Source of the DNA: Bifidobacterium longum subsp. longum JCM 1217
Lineage (GTDB): Bacteria > Actinomycetota > Actinomycetes > Actinomycetales > Bifidobacteriaceae
Length of the DNA stretch: 32,000 bases
Direction of reading: 5' to 3'
Assembly (NCBI RefSeq): GCF_000196555.1
Contig: NC_015067.1
Span: 570,001-602,000, forward strand
In this document: positions 9,687-17,673 of the stretch, piece by piece
Layout: each line of letters begins with the position of its first letter
Position numbering within the stretch: the stretch's first letter is position 1
Translations under genes and position numbers: made by a program
The notes under the pieces: generated by a model
Database searches by the model: none
What the model saw: the letters and a program-made list of their open reading frames with translations, nothing else
What the model was told of the DNA's origin: nothing

Positions 9687-11108
9687 ATGCGAGTGATCGG
9701 ACAGCGAATCAAAAGAATGGCAACCATAGCAGTGACTGCCATCCTTTCCGTATCCTTGGCCTCGTGCGGGCAGTCCACCACCGATAACCGCACGGAAATC
9801 AGCGTATGGAGCTGGGAACCGAGCATGGGCGAGGTCATCCGCCGTTTCGAAAAAGCCAATCCGGACATCCGCGTGAAATGGACCAACATCTCCGGCTATG
9901 GCAATCTCAACACCGCCATTCAGGACGGTTACGGCACGCCGGACGTGGCTCAAATCGAATACTATGCACTGTTGCAGTACGCGGTCTCCGGCCAATTGCT
10001 TGATCTGACCGACAAAATCGGCTCGGATTATTCCAACTTCTTTACCCTCGGCACATGGTCGTCCGTGCAGCTCGCCGGCCGTACCTACGGGCTGCCCATG
10101 GATTCGGGCCCGATGGGCTTCTTCTACAACGAAGACGTGTTCCGCCAAGCCGGCGTGGACGCCACCAAGATCAAGACTTGGGATGACTACTATGAGGCTG
10201 CCAAAAAGCTCAAGGAGATTGGCGTGTACATCGCCGCCGACTCGGGCGATGGCAGCTTTTACGATGCCATGGTCTGGCTCGCCGGCGGCCAGCCGTTCCA
10301 CACGTCGGCCGACGGCAAAACCGTGACCATCGATTTGGATGAGGACGCCGGCACCCAACGGTTCACCGAATTCTGGCAGAAAATGATCGATGAGGGGCTT
10401 GTTGACACCACCTCCGCCACATGGTCCGACCGATGGAAGCGCCGTGTGGGCACCGGTACCATCGCCTCCGTATTCTCCGGAGCCTGGATGCCGTCGCTGC
10501 TGCTGTCCAATGTGCCGGGCGCGGCCGGTCTGTGGCGCGTGGCTCCCATGCCCACCTATGATGGCCAGCCCACCAACGCCGAAAGCGGCGGGTCGGCACT
10601 GACCGTACTGCAATTGACCCGTAAGCCGGATGCGGCTTATCGTTTCGTGGACTTTGTGGCGCATGACGCCCAAGGCATTAGCGCGCGTGTGGATGGCGGT
10701 GCTTTCCCGGCCGATTATGCCACCCTGAATTCCGCTGATTTTTTGGATAAAACCACGATTACCAATGACCGGGGCATTGAAATCCCGTATTTCGGCGGGC
10801 AGAAGTTCAACCGTGTACTGTCGGAGGCCGCCGAGGATGTGTCGGTCGGATACCAGTATCTGCCGTTCGAAGTGTATGCGCGCAGTGACTTCAAATCGAC
10901 GGTGGGCCAGGCATACGAGTGGTCCGGCAGTTTCCACGCCTATCAGCAGCGACAGGAAGCCATTGAGATGGGTATGAAGGACAAGGAAGGCAACCCGCTC
11001 GAACCATTGGAGAAGCCCGGCAAGAGAGTCAGTCTCTCCGACGGCCTGGCCCAATGGCAGAAAGACCTCCGAGAATACGGCCTCAATCAGGGCTTTACGA
11101 TTAAGTAG
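9687..11108 (+). CDS. ABC sugar transporter solute-binding lipoprotein (family 1), divergent paralog 3
   Basis: 473 aa. MRVIGQRIKRMATIAVTAILSVSLASCGQ gives a positively charged n-region plus lipobox. Colinear with paralogs 1 and 2 but with less biased codons and an extra ~33-aa segment near the C-terminus. No obvious Shine-Dalgarno. Confidence 0.88.
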   Translation: MRVIGQRIKRMATIAVTAILSVSLASCGQSTTDNRTEISVWSWEPSMGEVIRRFEKANPDIRVKWTNISGYGNLNTAIQDGYGTPDVAQIEYYALLQYAVSGQLLDLTDKIGSDYSNFFTLGTWSSVQLAGRTYGLPMDSGPMGFFYNEDVFRQAGVDATKIKTWDDYYEAAKKLKEIGVYIAADSGDGSFYDAMVWLAGGQPFHTSADGKTVTIDLDEDAGTQRFTEFWQKMIDEGLVDTTSATWSDRWKRRVGTGTIASVFSGAWMPSLLLSNVPGAAGLWRVAPMPTYDGQPTNAESGGSALTVLQLTRKPDAAYRFVDFVAHDAQGISARVDGGAFPADYATLNSADFLDKTTITNDRGIEIPYFGGQKFNRVLSEAAEDVSVGYQYLPFEVYARSDFKSTVGQAYEWSGSFHAYQQRQEAIEMGMKDKEGNPLEPLEKPGKRVSLSDGLAQWQKDLREYGLNQGFTIK

Positions 11109-11125
11109 GGATTCGGGGTTGGATC

Positions 11126-11156
11126 GGAATCGACCGCGCTATACGCGGCCGATTCC
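11126..11156. terminator. Bidirectional hairpin between the convergent binding-protein 3 and coaX genes
   Basis: GGAATCG-A-CCGCG-CTATA-CGCGG-C-CGATTCC read directly. Confidence 0.55.
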
Positions 11157-11167
11157 TGCATACTACG

Positions 11168-11938
11168 TCACTTCACATTGCGCGAGTAGATGTGCGCCAT
11201 GCCCTTGAAAATCAAATCCGGGTCATACACGTCAATCAGCTCGGTGTCATTCTCAAACACTCGACCGAGGCCACCGGTGGTGATCACCTTGAAATCCTCG
11301 CCTCCGAGCTCTTTGCGGAACTGACGAATCGTGCGCTCCACACCGCCCAAGAACGTGTAATACAAACCGGCCTGCATGCAGGTCTTGGTGTTGGTGCCCA
11401 GAATCGTATCTGGTCGCGTAATTTCCACTTCCGGCAGCTGGGCCGTATCTCCCCACAGAGCGGCCGCACCGGCACGGATGCCGGTGGTGATGACGCCGGA
11501 ATCGACCACGCCCTTGTCGCTCACGTGTGTGAACGTGGTGGCGGTGCCGAAATCAGCCACCAGCACTGGGCCGCCATACTCGTAATAGGCACCGGCGCAG
11601 TCGGCCAGAATATCCGCACCCAGCGATTTCGGATCGTCAACGCGCACGTTCATACCGGTCTTGATGCCCGGTCCCACCACCATCGGATCAATGTCGAGGA
11701 ATTTGACGATGGACGAACGGAAGGAGTGCATCACTTTCGGCACCACCGAACAGATGATCACATCGTCCACATCGGATGGCTGAAAACCGCTCATTCTCAG
11801 GAATTCAGTCAGAAACAGCCCATACTCATCAGACGTATGGTTGGCTTTGGTGGTGATGCGGTAGGTGCCGGCGATGGTATCGCCATCCAAAAAGCCCAGC
11901 ACGATGTTCGTATTGCCGATATCAACGGCGACCAGCAT
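11168..11938 (-). CDS. coaX: Type III pantothenate kinase
   Basis: 256 aa. N-terminal MLVAVDIGNTNIVLGF (DxGNT phosphate-binding motif), VADFGTATTF and ITTGGLG are typical of CoaX/ASKHA-fold kinases. Confidence 0.92.
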   Translation of the reverse strand: MLVAVDIGNTNIVLGFLDGDTIAGTYRITTKANHTSDEYGLFLTEFLRMSGFQPSDVDDVIICSVVPKVMHSFRSSIVKFLDIDPMVVGPGIKTGMNVRVDDPKSLGADILADCAGAYYEYGGPVLVADFGTATTFTHVSDKGVVDSGVITTGIRAGAAALWGDTAQLPEVEITRPDTILGTNTKTCMQAGLYYTFLGGVERTIRQFRKELGGEDFKVITTGGLGRVFENDTELIDVYDPDLIFKGMAHIYSRNVK

Positions 11939-12063
11939 GATAACCCTCCAGATTCAAGATGGATTTCATGCGCAATTCTACAGTCCCATGGCTATGATGG
12001 CCTGCGGTGGTCGACCCAGCGTGGCGGCCAACCGTAGAACACAACATATACAGAGGAAGAACC

Positions 12064-13683
12064 ATGTCTCAAGACAATGGTGCGCACATCGAAGACGGCG
12101 CAACCACAGATGCGAGCCTTGCCTCGCGTGCAAAGAATCCGAAAAAAAACGGCCCGAAGTGGTGGCTGATCTCACTGATTGCCGTCATCGTGGCAGTGGC
12201 GGTCGTCATCGGCGTCACGCTCGCTTTCGGCGGTAAGAAAGATGACAAGTCGGCCTCGTCCAGCAACCAATATGCCGACACCGTGACCATCGGCCTCAAA
12301 CTGGCCCCCACCAATCTGGACATCCGCAACACCGCCGGCTCCGCGCTTGACCAGATCCTGATTGGCAACGTATACGAAGGCATCGTGGCACGTGACTCCA
12401 AGAACCAGGTCGCTCCCGCCATCGCCTCCAGCTGGGAGACGTCCAAGGACGGCCTGACCTACACCTTCCACCTCAATAAGAACATGACCTTCTCCAATGG
12501 CGACAAACTTGACGCCGAGGACGTGGCCTGGTCCATCAACGAGCTGATCGCTAAGGGCTACCACGACGCCGACGCGCTCGCCGCCGTCAGCAAGGTGGAG
12601 GCCAAGGACGCCGACACCGCGGTGATCACGCTCAAGACGCCGAACTCCAACCTGTTGTGGACCCTGACCGGTCGCGCAGGGCTCGTGTTCGACAAGGATG
12701 CCAAGTATGACCTGAAGACGCAGGCCGTCGGCTCCGGCCCCTACACCGTTGCCAAGTTCGTGGAAAACAGCTCGATCACGCTGAAGGCCAATGAGAAGTA
12801 CTGGGGCAAGAACAAGGCCAAGACGCCCACTGTGGTCGTCAAGTATCTGGCCGACGACAACGCCGCGGTCAATGCGCTGAAGTCCGGTGACGTGCAGGTG
12901 CTCGCCCCGATTACCGAGAACCTCGCCGAACCGTTCAAGTCCGATTCCGCCAAGTACACGGTCAAAGCCGGCAACGGCACCGACAAGTTCGTGCTCGGCT
13001 TCAACAACGCTTCCGGTTCCAAACTGGCTGACAAGCGCATTCGTCAGGCCATCCGTTACGCCATCAACCACAAGGAGCTCATCGCCTCTCGCGGCGGTGC
13101 GGACAAGGCGCTCGGCGGCCCGATCCCGTCTCTCGACCCCGGCTACGAGGATCTGACGAATCTGTACCCGTATGATCAGAACAAGGCCAAGTCGCTCATG
13201 GCTGAAGCCGGCTATTCCACCGACAAGCCGCTTCAACTTACGCTGACCTACGCCAACATCTACGGCACCGAGCTCGGAGACCAGCTGCGCTCCCAGCTCA
13301 AGCCCCTCGGCATCGACCTGAAGGTGAATGTGGTGGAGTTCTCCACGTGGCTGCAGGATGTGTACACCAACCACACCTTCGATATTTCGCTGGTGGACCA
13401 CAACGAAAGCCACGACTTCGCATCGTGGACCGATCCGACATACTATTTCGGTTACGACAACAAGAATGTGACCAAGCTGTACAACGAGGGTGTTGCCGCC
13501 ACCTCCGACAAGGAGCGTGATGCCAAGTTCGCCGCGGCCGCCAAGCTTGTCTCCGAGGATGCGCCGGCCGACTGGCTGTTCAACTACCGCATCACCACCG
13601 CCACGGCCAAGGGCGTTGAAGGATTCCCCTTCGACCTCAACCAGACCGTTCTGCCCCTCTACAACGTGACCTACACGAAGTAG
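12064..13683 (+). CDS. Peptide/nickel ABC transporter substrate-binding protein (family 5), membrane-anchored
   Basis: ATG 12064 is preceded by AGAGGAAGA. The N-terminal polar segment is followed by a single TM helix, WWLISLIAVIVAVAVVIGVTLAF. The body (YTFHLNKNMTFSNGDKLDAEDVAWS, EKYWGK) is SBP_bac_5-like. Confidence 0.9.
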   Translation: MSQDNGAHIEDGATTDASLASRAKNPKKNGPKWWLISLIAVIVAVAVVIGVTLAFGGKKDDKSASSSNQYADTVTIGLKLAPTNLDIRNTAGSALDQILIGNVYEGIVARDSKNQVAPAIASSWETSKDGLTYTFHLNKNMTFSNGDKLDAEDVAWSINELIAKGYHDADALAAVSKVEAKDADTAVITLKTPNSNLLWTLTGRAGLVFDKDAKYDLKTQAVGSGPYTVAKFVENSSITLKANEKYWGKNKAKTPTVVVKYLADDNAAVNALKSGDVQVLAPITENLAEPFKSDSAKYTVKAGNGTDKFVLGFNNASGSKLADKRIRQAIRYAINHKELIASRGGADKALGGPIPSLDPGYEDLTNLYPYDQNKAKSLMAEAGYSTDKPLQLTLTYANIYGTELGDQLRSQLKPLGIDLKVNVVEFSTWLQDVYTNHTFDISLVDHNESHDFASWTDPTYYFGYDNKNVTKLYNEGVAATSDKERDAKFAAAAKLVSEDAPADWLFNYRITTATAKGVEGFPFDLNQTVLPLYNVTYTK

Positions 13684-13694
13684 TTCGTTACAGC

Positions 13695-13723
13695 AATGAG
13701 CTCCCTCAGTGAGGGGGCTCATT
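13695..13723 (+). terminator. 13-bp hairpin after the family-5 binding-protein gene (GCTCCC/GGGAGC family)
   Basis: AATGAGCTCCCTC-AGT-GAGGGGGCTCATT with one G-U wobble, 12 nt after TAG 13681-13683. No U-tract. Confidence 0.45.
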
Positions 13724-13747
13724 GTTAATCCAAGTAAAGTAGGCATT

Positions 13748-14725
13748 ATGCGATTCGTGTTGAAACGGCTGGCGTTATTCGTGGTGGCGTTGTTCGGCCT
13801 GTCCGTGGTGGTTTTTGCAGCATTGCGCATTCTGCCTGGCGATGTGGCCTCCGTGATGGCCGGCGTCAACTCGCCGCCTGAGCGTGTGACCCAGCTACGC
13901 GAACAACTCGGTCTGAATCGGCCATTGATTGCACAATACTTCGATTGGATGAGTGCGCTGGCCCGTGGTGACTTCGGCACTTCAATCCTGACTGGTCGCT
14001 CCGTAACCTCCTTGGTAGGCGCACGTGCGTCCATCACCTTTCCCCTGATTATTCTTGCCCTGCTCATCGCCTTGGTCATCGGCTTGCCGCTGGGCTGTGC
14101 GGCGGTACTGGCCCGCAGCGCAACGGTGCGTGCGGTGTTTCATGTACTGGCTATTGTCGGCGGTGCCGTACCTGCGTTGTGGGGCGGTCTGCTGCTGATT
14201 CTGTTGTTCGGGCGCGGCGTAGGATTGCTTGATGTGTTTCCCTCGCAAGGGTTCCCGCTGGATGGTTGGGGCGCACCCGGTTCGGCGATATCAGCGTTGG
14301 TATTGCCGGCTGTATCGGTCGGCATCATCGTGGGAGCATCGCTTATGCGATACACGCGCGCGGCCTTAGGGGATTTAGCCAGTTCCGGCTACATCGATAT
14401 GGCACGCTCGTGTGGCATGACGCGCACTCAGGCGGTGTTGCGTGTGGGATTGCGGTTGGCAACCCCGCAGCTGGTGTCTGTTATCGGGCTGACCTTCGCT
14501 TCGATGGTCACTGGCGTGATGGTCATCGAAAACCTGTTTGCGTTACCGGGCATCGGCAACGGTCTTGTGACCGACGTGGGCAACCGCGACCTGATTGCCG
14601 TGCAAAGCGAGCTGTTCCTGCTGGCCGCGTTCTTTTTGACTGTCGGCCTCGTGGTCGATTTGTTCCACCGCGTGCTCGACCCGCGTCTGAAAACCGCTAC
14701 CGCCATTACGGAGGTGACCGCATGA
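13748..14725 (+). CDS. Peptide ABC transporter permease (DppB/OppB-like)
   Basis: ATG 13748 gives the canonical N-terminus MRFVLKRLALFVVALFGLSVVVFAALRILPGD. Multi-pass membrane protein. The ORF-track extension to 13709 starts inside the upstream hairpin. Confidence 0.9.
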   Translation: MRFVLKRLALFVVALFGLSVVVFAALRILPGDVASVMAGVNSPPERVTQLREQLGLNRPLIAQYFDWMSALARGDFGTSILTGRSVTSLVGARASITFPLIILALLIALVIGLPLGCAAVLARSATVRAVFHVLAIVGGAVPALWGGLLLILLFGRGVGLLDVFPSQGFPLDGWGAPGSAISALVLPAVSVGIIVGASLMRYTRAALGDLASSGYIDMARSCGMTRTQAVLRVGLRLATPQLVSVIGLTFASMVTGVMVIENLFALPGIGNGLVTDVGNRDLIAVQSELFLLAAFFLTVGLVVDLFHRVLDPRLKTATAITEVTA

Positions 14726-15624
14726 GCAATGTTCGTCGTGCGACGACTGGTGGTCGACGGGCTGCCTTCGTCATCGTCCTGCACTCTATGTGGCGTCGTG
14801 CCGAGGGCAAATTCGCACTTATCGTGCTCGCTCTGTGGTTGCTCATTGCCATCGTTTCCCTGTTCTGGACCCCGCAATCGCTGTGGGCCACTGATGGCTA
14901 CCATGTATGGGCCAAGCCGTCCGCCGAGCACTGGCTCGGCACTGACGGCACCGGCGCGGACGTGTTCAGCTGGCTGCTGGCCGGCTCACATACCAATCTT
15001 GTGATCGTGCTGCTGACCGTAGTGGCATCTATGGCTTGGGGGCTGCTGCTCATCGCGGCCATGGTGGCACGCAATGCGGCGCTCGCCAGTTCTTCGGTAG
15101 TGGTAGTTGATGCGTTGATTTCCGTTCCCACCGTGTTGATTGCGTTGATTCTGGCTGTGCCGTTGGGAGCGTCAATCGCGGTGATTGTGATCGCCTGCGG
15201 CTTCGGATATGGGTTGAATCTGGCTCGTGTGGCTCGCCCCGCAGCGTTGCTGGCGGCCCGCTCGTCGTATGTGGAATCGGCCTTGGCCAATGGTGCCAGC
15301 GGGTGGCGTGTGCTCATAAGCCATGTTATGCCGAATATTCTGCCGGTATTGGCTGTGCAACTGTCATTGTCGGCGGGCACGGCGGTGTTGGCTGAGTCGG
15401 GGCTCACTTATCTCGGTATCGGTGTGCCGTCCGGTGTGCCGAGCTGGGGGCATTCTCTGGCCACTTCGGTCAAACTCATCAACGTGTTCCCATTAACCGT
15501 GGTGTGGCCCGGCCTGATCGTCACGGTTGTGGTTGTGGCGCTGAATATTTTTGGTGATGTGCTGCGCGATGCCATCGATCCGGTCACCAACCCCGCATTA
15601 CGTGAAATAGGAGGCGAACGATGA
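14722..15624 (+). CDS. Peptide ABC transporter permease (DppC/OppC-like)
   Basis: ATG 14722 overlaps the previous stop (ATGA). 300 aa, with hydrophobic spans and SGWRVLISHVMPNILPVLAVQLSL. The longer 14266 ORF is only the in-frame run through the upstream gene. Confidence 0.88.
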   Translation: MSNVRRATTGGRRAAFVIVLHSMWRRAEGKFALIVLALWLLIAIVSLFWTPQSLWATDGYHVWAKPSAEHWLGTDGTGADVFSWLLAGSHTNLVIVLLTVVASMAWGLLLIAAMVARNAALASSSVVVVDALISVPTVLIALILAVPLGASIAVIVIACGFGYGLNLARVARPAALLAARSSYVESALANGASGWRVLISHVMPNILPVLAVQLSLSAGTAVLAESGLTYLGIGVPSGVPSWGHSLATSVKLINVFPLTVVWPGLIVTVVVVALNIFGDVLRDAIDPVTNPALREIGGER

Positions 15625-16412
15625 GCGTCGATGTTCGCGGGTTGAAAATCACGATTGGCGGCAAACCAATCGTCTCTGATGCGGATATGACCATTGCCGA
15701 CGGTGAACGAGTCGGCTTGATCGGTTCTTCAGGCTCCGGAAAATCTATGATTGCCAAGGCGATGCTGGGGTTGCTGCCCCTGACCGCTGTGACTAATGGG
15801 TCGATTGATATGGGCAGCACGGAAATTATCGGAGCTTCCGAACGTGCGCTTGCCGACCTGCGCGGCCGGTATGTGGGTGCGGTGTTCCAGAATCCGGCTG
15901 CCTCGCTGAACCCGGTGATGACCGTGGCGCAGCAGATCGCCTTGCCATTGCGGTTGCACTATGATCTGACCAAGGTCGAACGAGCCGACCGAGTGAATGC
16001 CTTGTTGAGCAAGGTCGGGCTGGATCTCGATATGGCCGGCAAATACCCGCACGAACTGTCCGGCGGCCAACAGCAGCGCGTGGGCATCGCCACGGCGCTG
16101 ATCACCTCACCGCGATTCATCATCGCGGACGAACCCACCACCGCACTCGACTCCATCACGCAACGCCAGATCGTGGACCTGCTGACCTCGCTGGTGGACG
16201 ACGCCGGTGCCTCCATGCTGTTCATCACCCACGATTTCTCCGTACTCGCGCGTGCCACCACCCGCTGCTACGTGCTGGACGCCGGCCGCATCGTCGAATC
16301 CGGACCCACCGCCGACCTGCTCGCCGCGCCGACCACACCACAAGCCCAGCGCCTGGTCGCCGCCGCCCAAACCCTCACCCTCCACACCCCCAAGGAGGAT
16401 TCGCATGAGTAA
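15621..16412 (+). CDS. Peptide ABC transporter ATP-binding protein (DppD/OppD-like)
   Basis: ATGA overlap with the upstream gene. Walker A GSSGSGKS, signature LSGGQQQR, Walker B FIIADEPT. Confidence 0.92.
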   Translation: MSVDVRGLKITIGGKPIVSDADMTIADGERVGLIGSSGSGKSMIAKAMLGLLPLTAVTNGSIDMGSTEIIGASERALADLRGRYVGAVFQNPAASLNPVMTVAQQIALPLRLHYDLTKVERADRVNALLSKVGLDLDMAGKYPHELSGGQQQRVGIATALITSPRFIIADEPTTALDSITQRQIVDLLTSLVDDAGASMLFITHDFSVLARATTRCYVLDAGRIVESGPTADLLAAPTTPQAQRLVAAAQTLTLHTPKEDSHE

Positions 16413-17190
16413 CAGCAGTGTGCCGCTCCTCTCCGCCCACTCCATCACCAAATCCTTCGGCCCGCGCACCGCACGCCACCAAGTCCTCTTCGACGTCTCC
16501 GCCGACGTCCACGCCGGCGAATGTCTGGCCGTGATCGGCGGCTCCGGATCCGGCAAATCCACGCTGACCCGCATTATGCTGGGCTTGGAATCCGCGGACT
16601 CCGGCAGCGTGGAATACGAGAGCCAATCCATTGTCGGCGGCCGAAAATCGCCGGGATTCGCGGCCCTGCGCCGCGAATCGGGACTGGTGTTCCAGGACCC
16701 GTTCTCCTCGCTCGACCCACGTTGGCGAGTCGCCAAATCAGTGGCTGAACCGCTGAGTCTGCAACGGCGTGACCTGAACAACACCGATATCGACGAGCGA
16801 GTGGCCGCGGCTCTGACCATGGCAGGCCTTGAACCGGCAGACTTCCTGAACCGGTACCCAATCGACCTGTCCGGCGGCCAGGCGCAGCGCGTGGTCATCG
16901 CCCGCGCTATCATCAACGAGCCCAAAGTGATCCTCGCCGATGAGCCGATGAGCGCCATCGACGTGGCCGCGCGCATTCAGATCCTCGACACCTTCGCCGC
17001 CATCCGCGCGGCCCGGCCGAGCACCGCCATCATCATGGTCTCCCACGATCTCGGCGTGGTACAGCACATCGCCGACCGCATCCTCGTGCTCCATGACGGG
17101 CGTCTCGAAGAGACGGGTTCCACCGCTGAAGTGCTCGGCAACCCCCAATCCGATTACACCCGTCAGCTCATCGAGGCAGCCTCGTTATAG
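16405..17190 (+). CDS. Peptide ABC transporter ATP-binding protein (DppF/OppF-like)
   Basis: ATG 16405 is preceded by AAGGAGGA and overlaps the upstream stop by 8 nt. Walker A GGSGSGKST, signature LSGGQAQR, Walker B ILADEP. Confidence 0.92.
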   Translation: MSNSSVPLLSAHSITKSFGPRTARHQVLFDVSADVHAGECLAVIGGSGSGKSTLTRIMLGLESADSGSVEYESQSIVGGRKSPGFAALRRESGLVFQDPFSSLDPRWRVAKSVAEPLSLQRRDLNNTDIDERVAAALTMAGLEPADFLNRYPIDLSGGQAQRVVIARAIINEPKVILADEPMSAIDVAARIQILDTFAAIRAARPSTAIIMVSHDLGVVQHIADRILVLHDGRLEETGSTAEVLGNPQSDYTRQLIEAASL

Positions 17191-17199
17191 ACCTTTTTT

Positions 17200-17310
17200 G
17201 GCTCCCTCTCTGAGGGGAGCTGTCGAACGCAGTGAGGCTGAGGGGAGTTACGGGTGCCGTCGTATTCCCCTCAGTCCGCTTCGCGGCCAGCTCCCCTCAG
17301 GGAGGGGAGC
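17200..17310. repeat. Cluster of three GC-rich hairpin repeats (GCTCCCYTC ... GAGGGGAGC / CTGAGGGGA ... TCCCCTCAG), REP-like
   Basis: Hairpins at 17200-17220, 17238-17274 and 17290-17310 (the last is a perfect 9-bp stem with a 3-nt loop). The same motif recurs at 1167, 13695 and 18699. Confidence 0.7.
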
Positions 17311-17463
17311 CGAGGCCGCCGGCGACACGCGCTTGTCGCGGGTTGTGCTATGGTGTGAGACATGCAGATTATCTCATGTTGTTGTCGCTAACCGACGCCC
17401 CTGGGCGAGCGGTCAGTGACGCATAACTTGAGATAGAGCATTCGAATCGCGGCAAATCTGTCG

Positions 17464-17477
17464 CATGAATTTTCATG
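17464..17477. promoter_or_regulatory. Palindrome CATGAA-TT-TTCATG in the long leader upstream of the cbs-like gene
   Basis: Perfect 6-bp arms read directly, ~200 nt upstream of ATG 17674 in an AT-richer stretch. Confidence 0.2.
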
Positions 17478-17673
17478 AAATCGATGGCACGAGTGTAACC
17501 GTGTAACGCGCGAGTCGTGGTTAACATGAAAAACCGATTCACTTTCCGGCTTCACCGTACAGTGAGCGGGGATACTCGATTTCAAACTAAAGCCACAGTC
17601 CATTCGTCTGGGAACGTCGGTTCACGAACGCAACGCAGCAAAACCCCACAACCCCAGCAACGAAGGACTTCAC

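Noticed and set aside
17093-17426. 108-aa and 64-aa plus-strand ORFs in the spacer after the peptide transporter
   Set aside because: They are simply translations of the GCTCCC/GGGAGC hairpin repeats (SPLRGQLPSGRGA-type strings) and have no RBS.
17191-17673. Possible SAM (S-box or SAM-IV) riboswitch or T-box leader upstream of the cbs-like gene
   Set aside because: I could not find the conserved core strings of these classes by eye, for example the T-box GGUGGUACCGCG-like sequence or the S-box GAGGGA...GCAACC pattern. The region is kept only as an unclassified long leader in findings, and an Infernal scan is needed.
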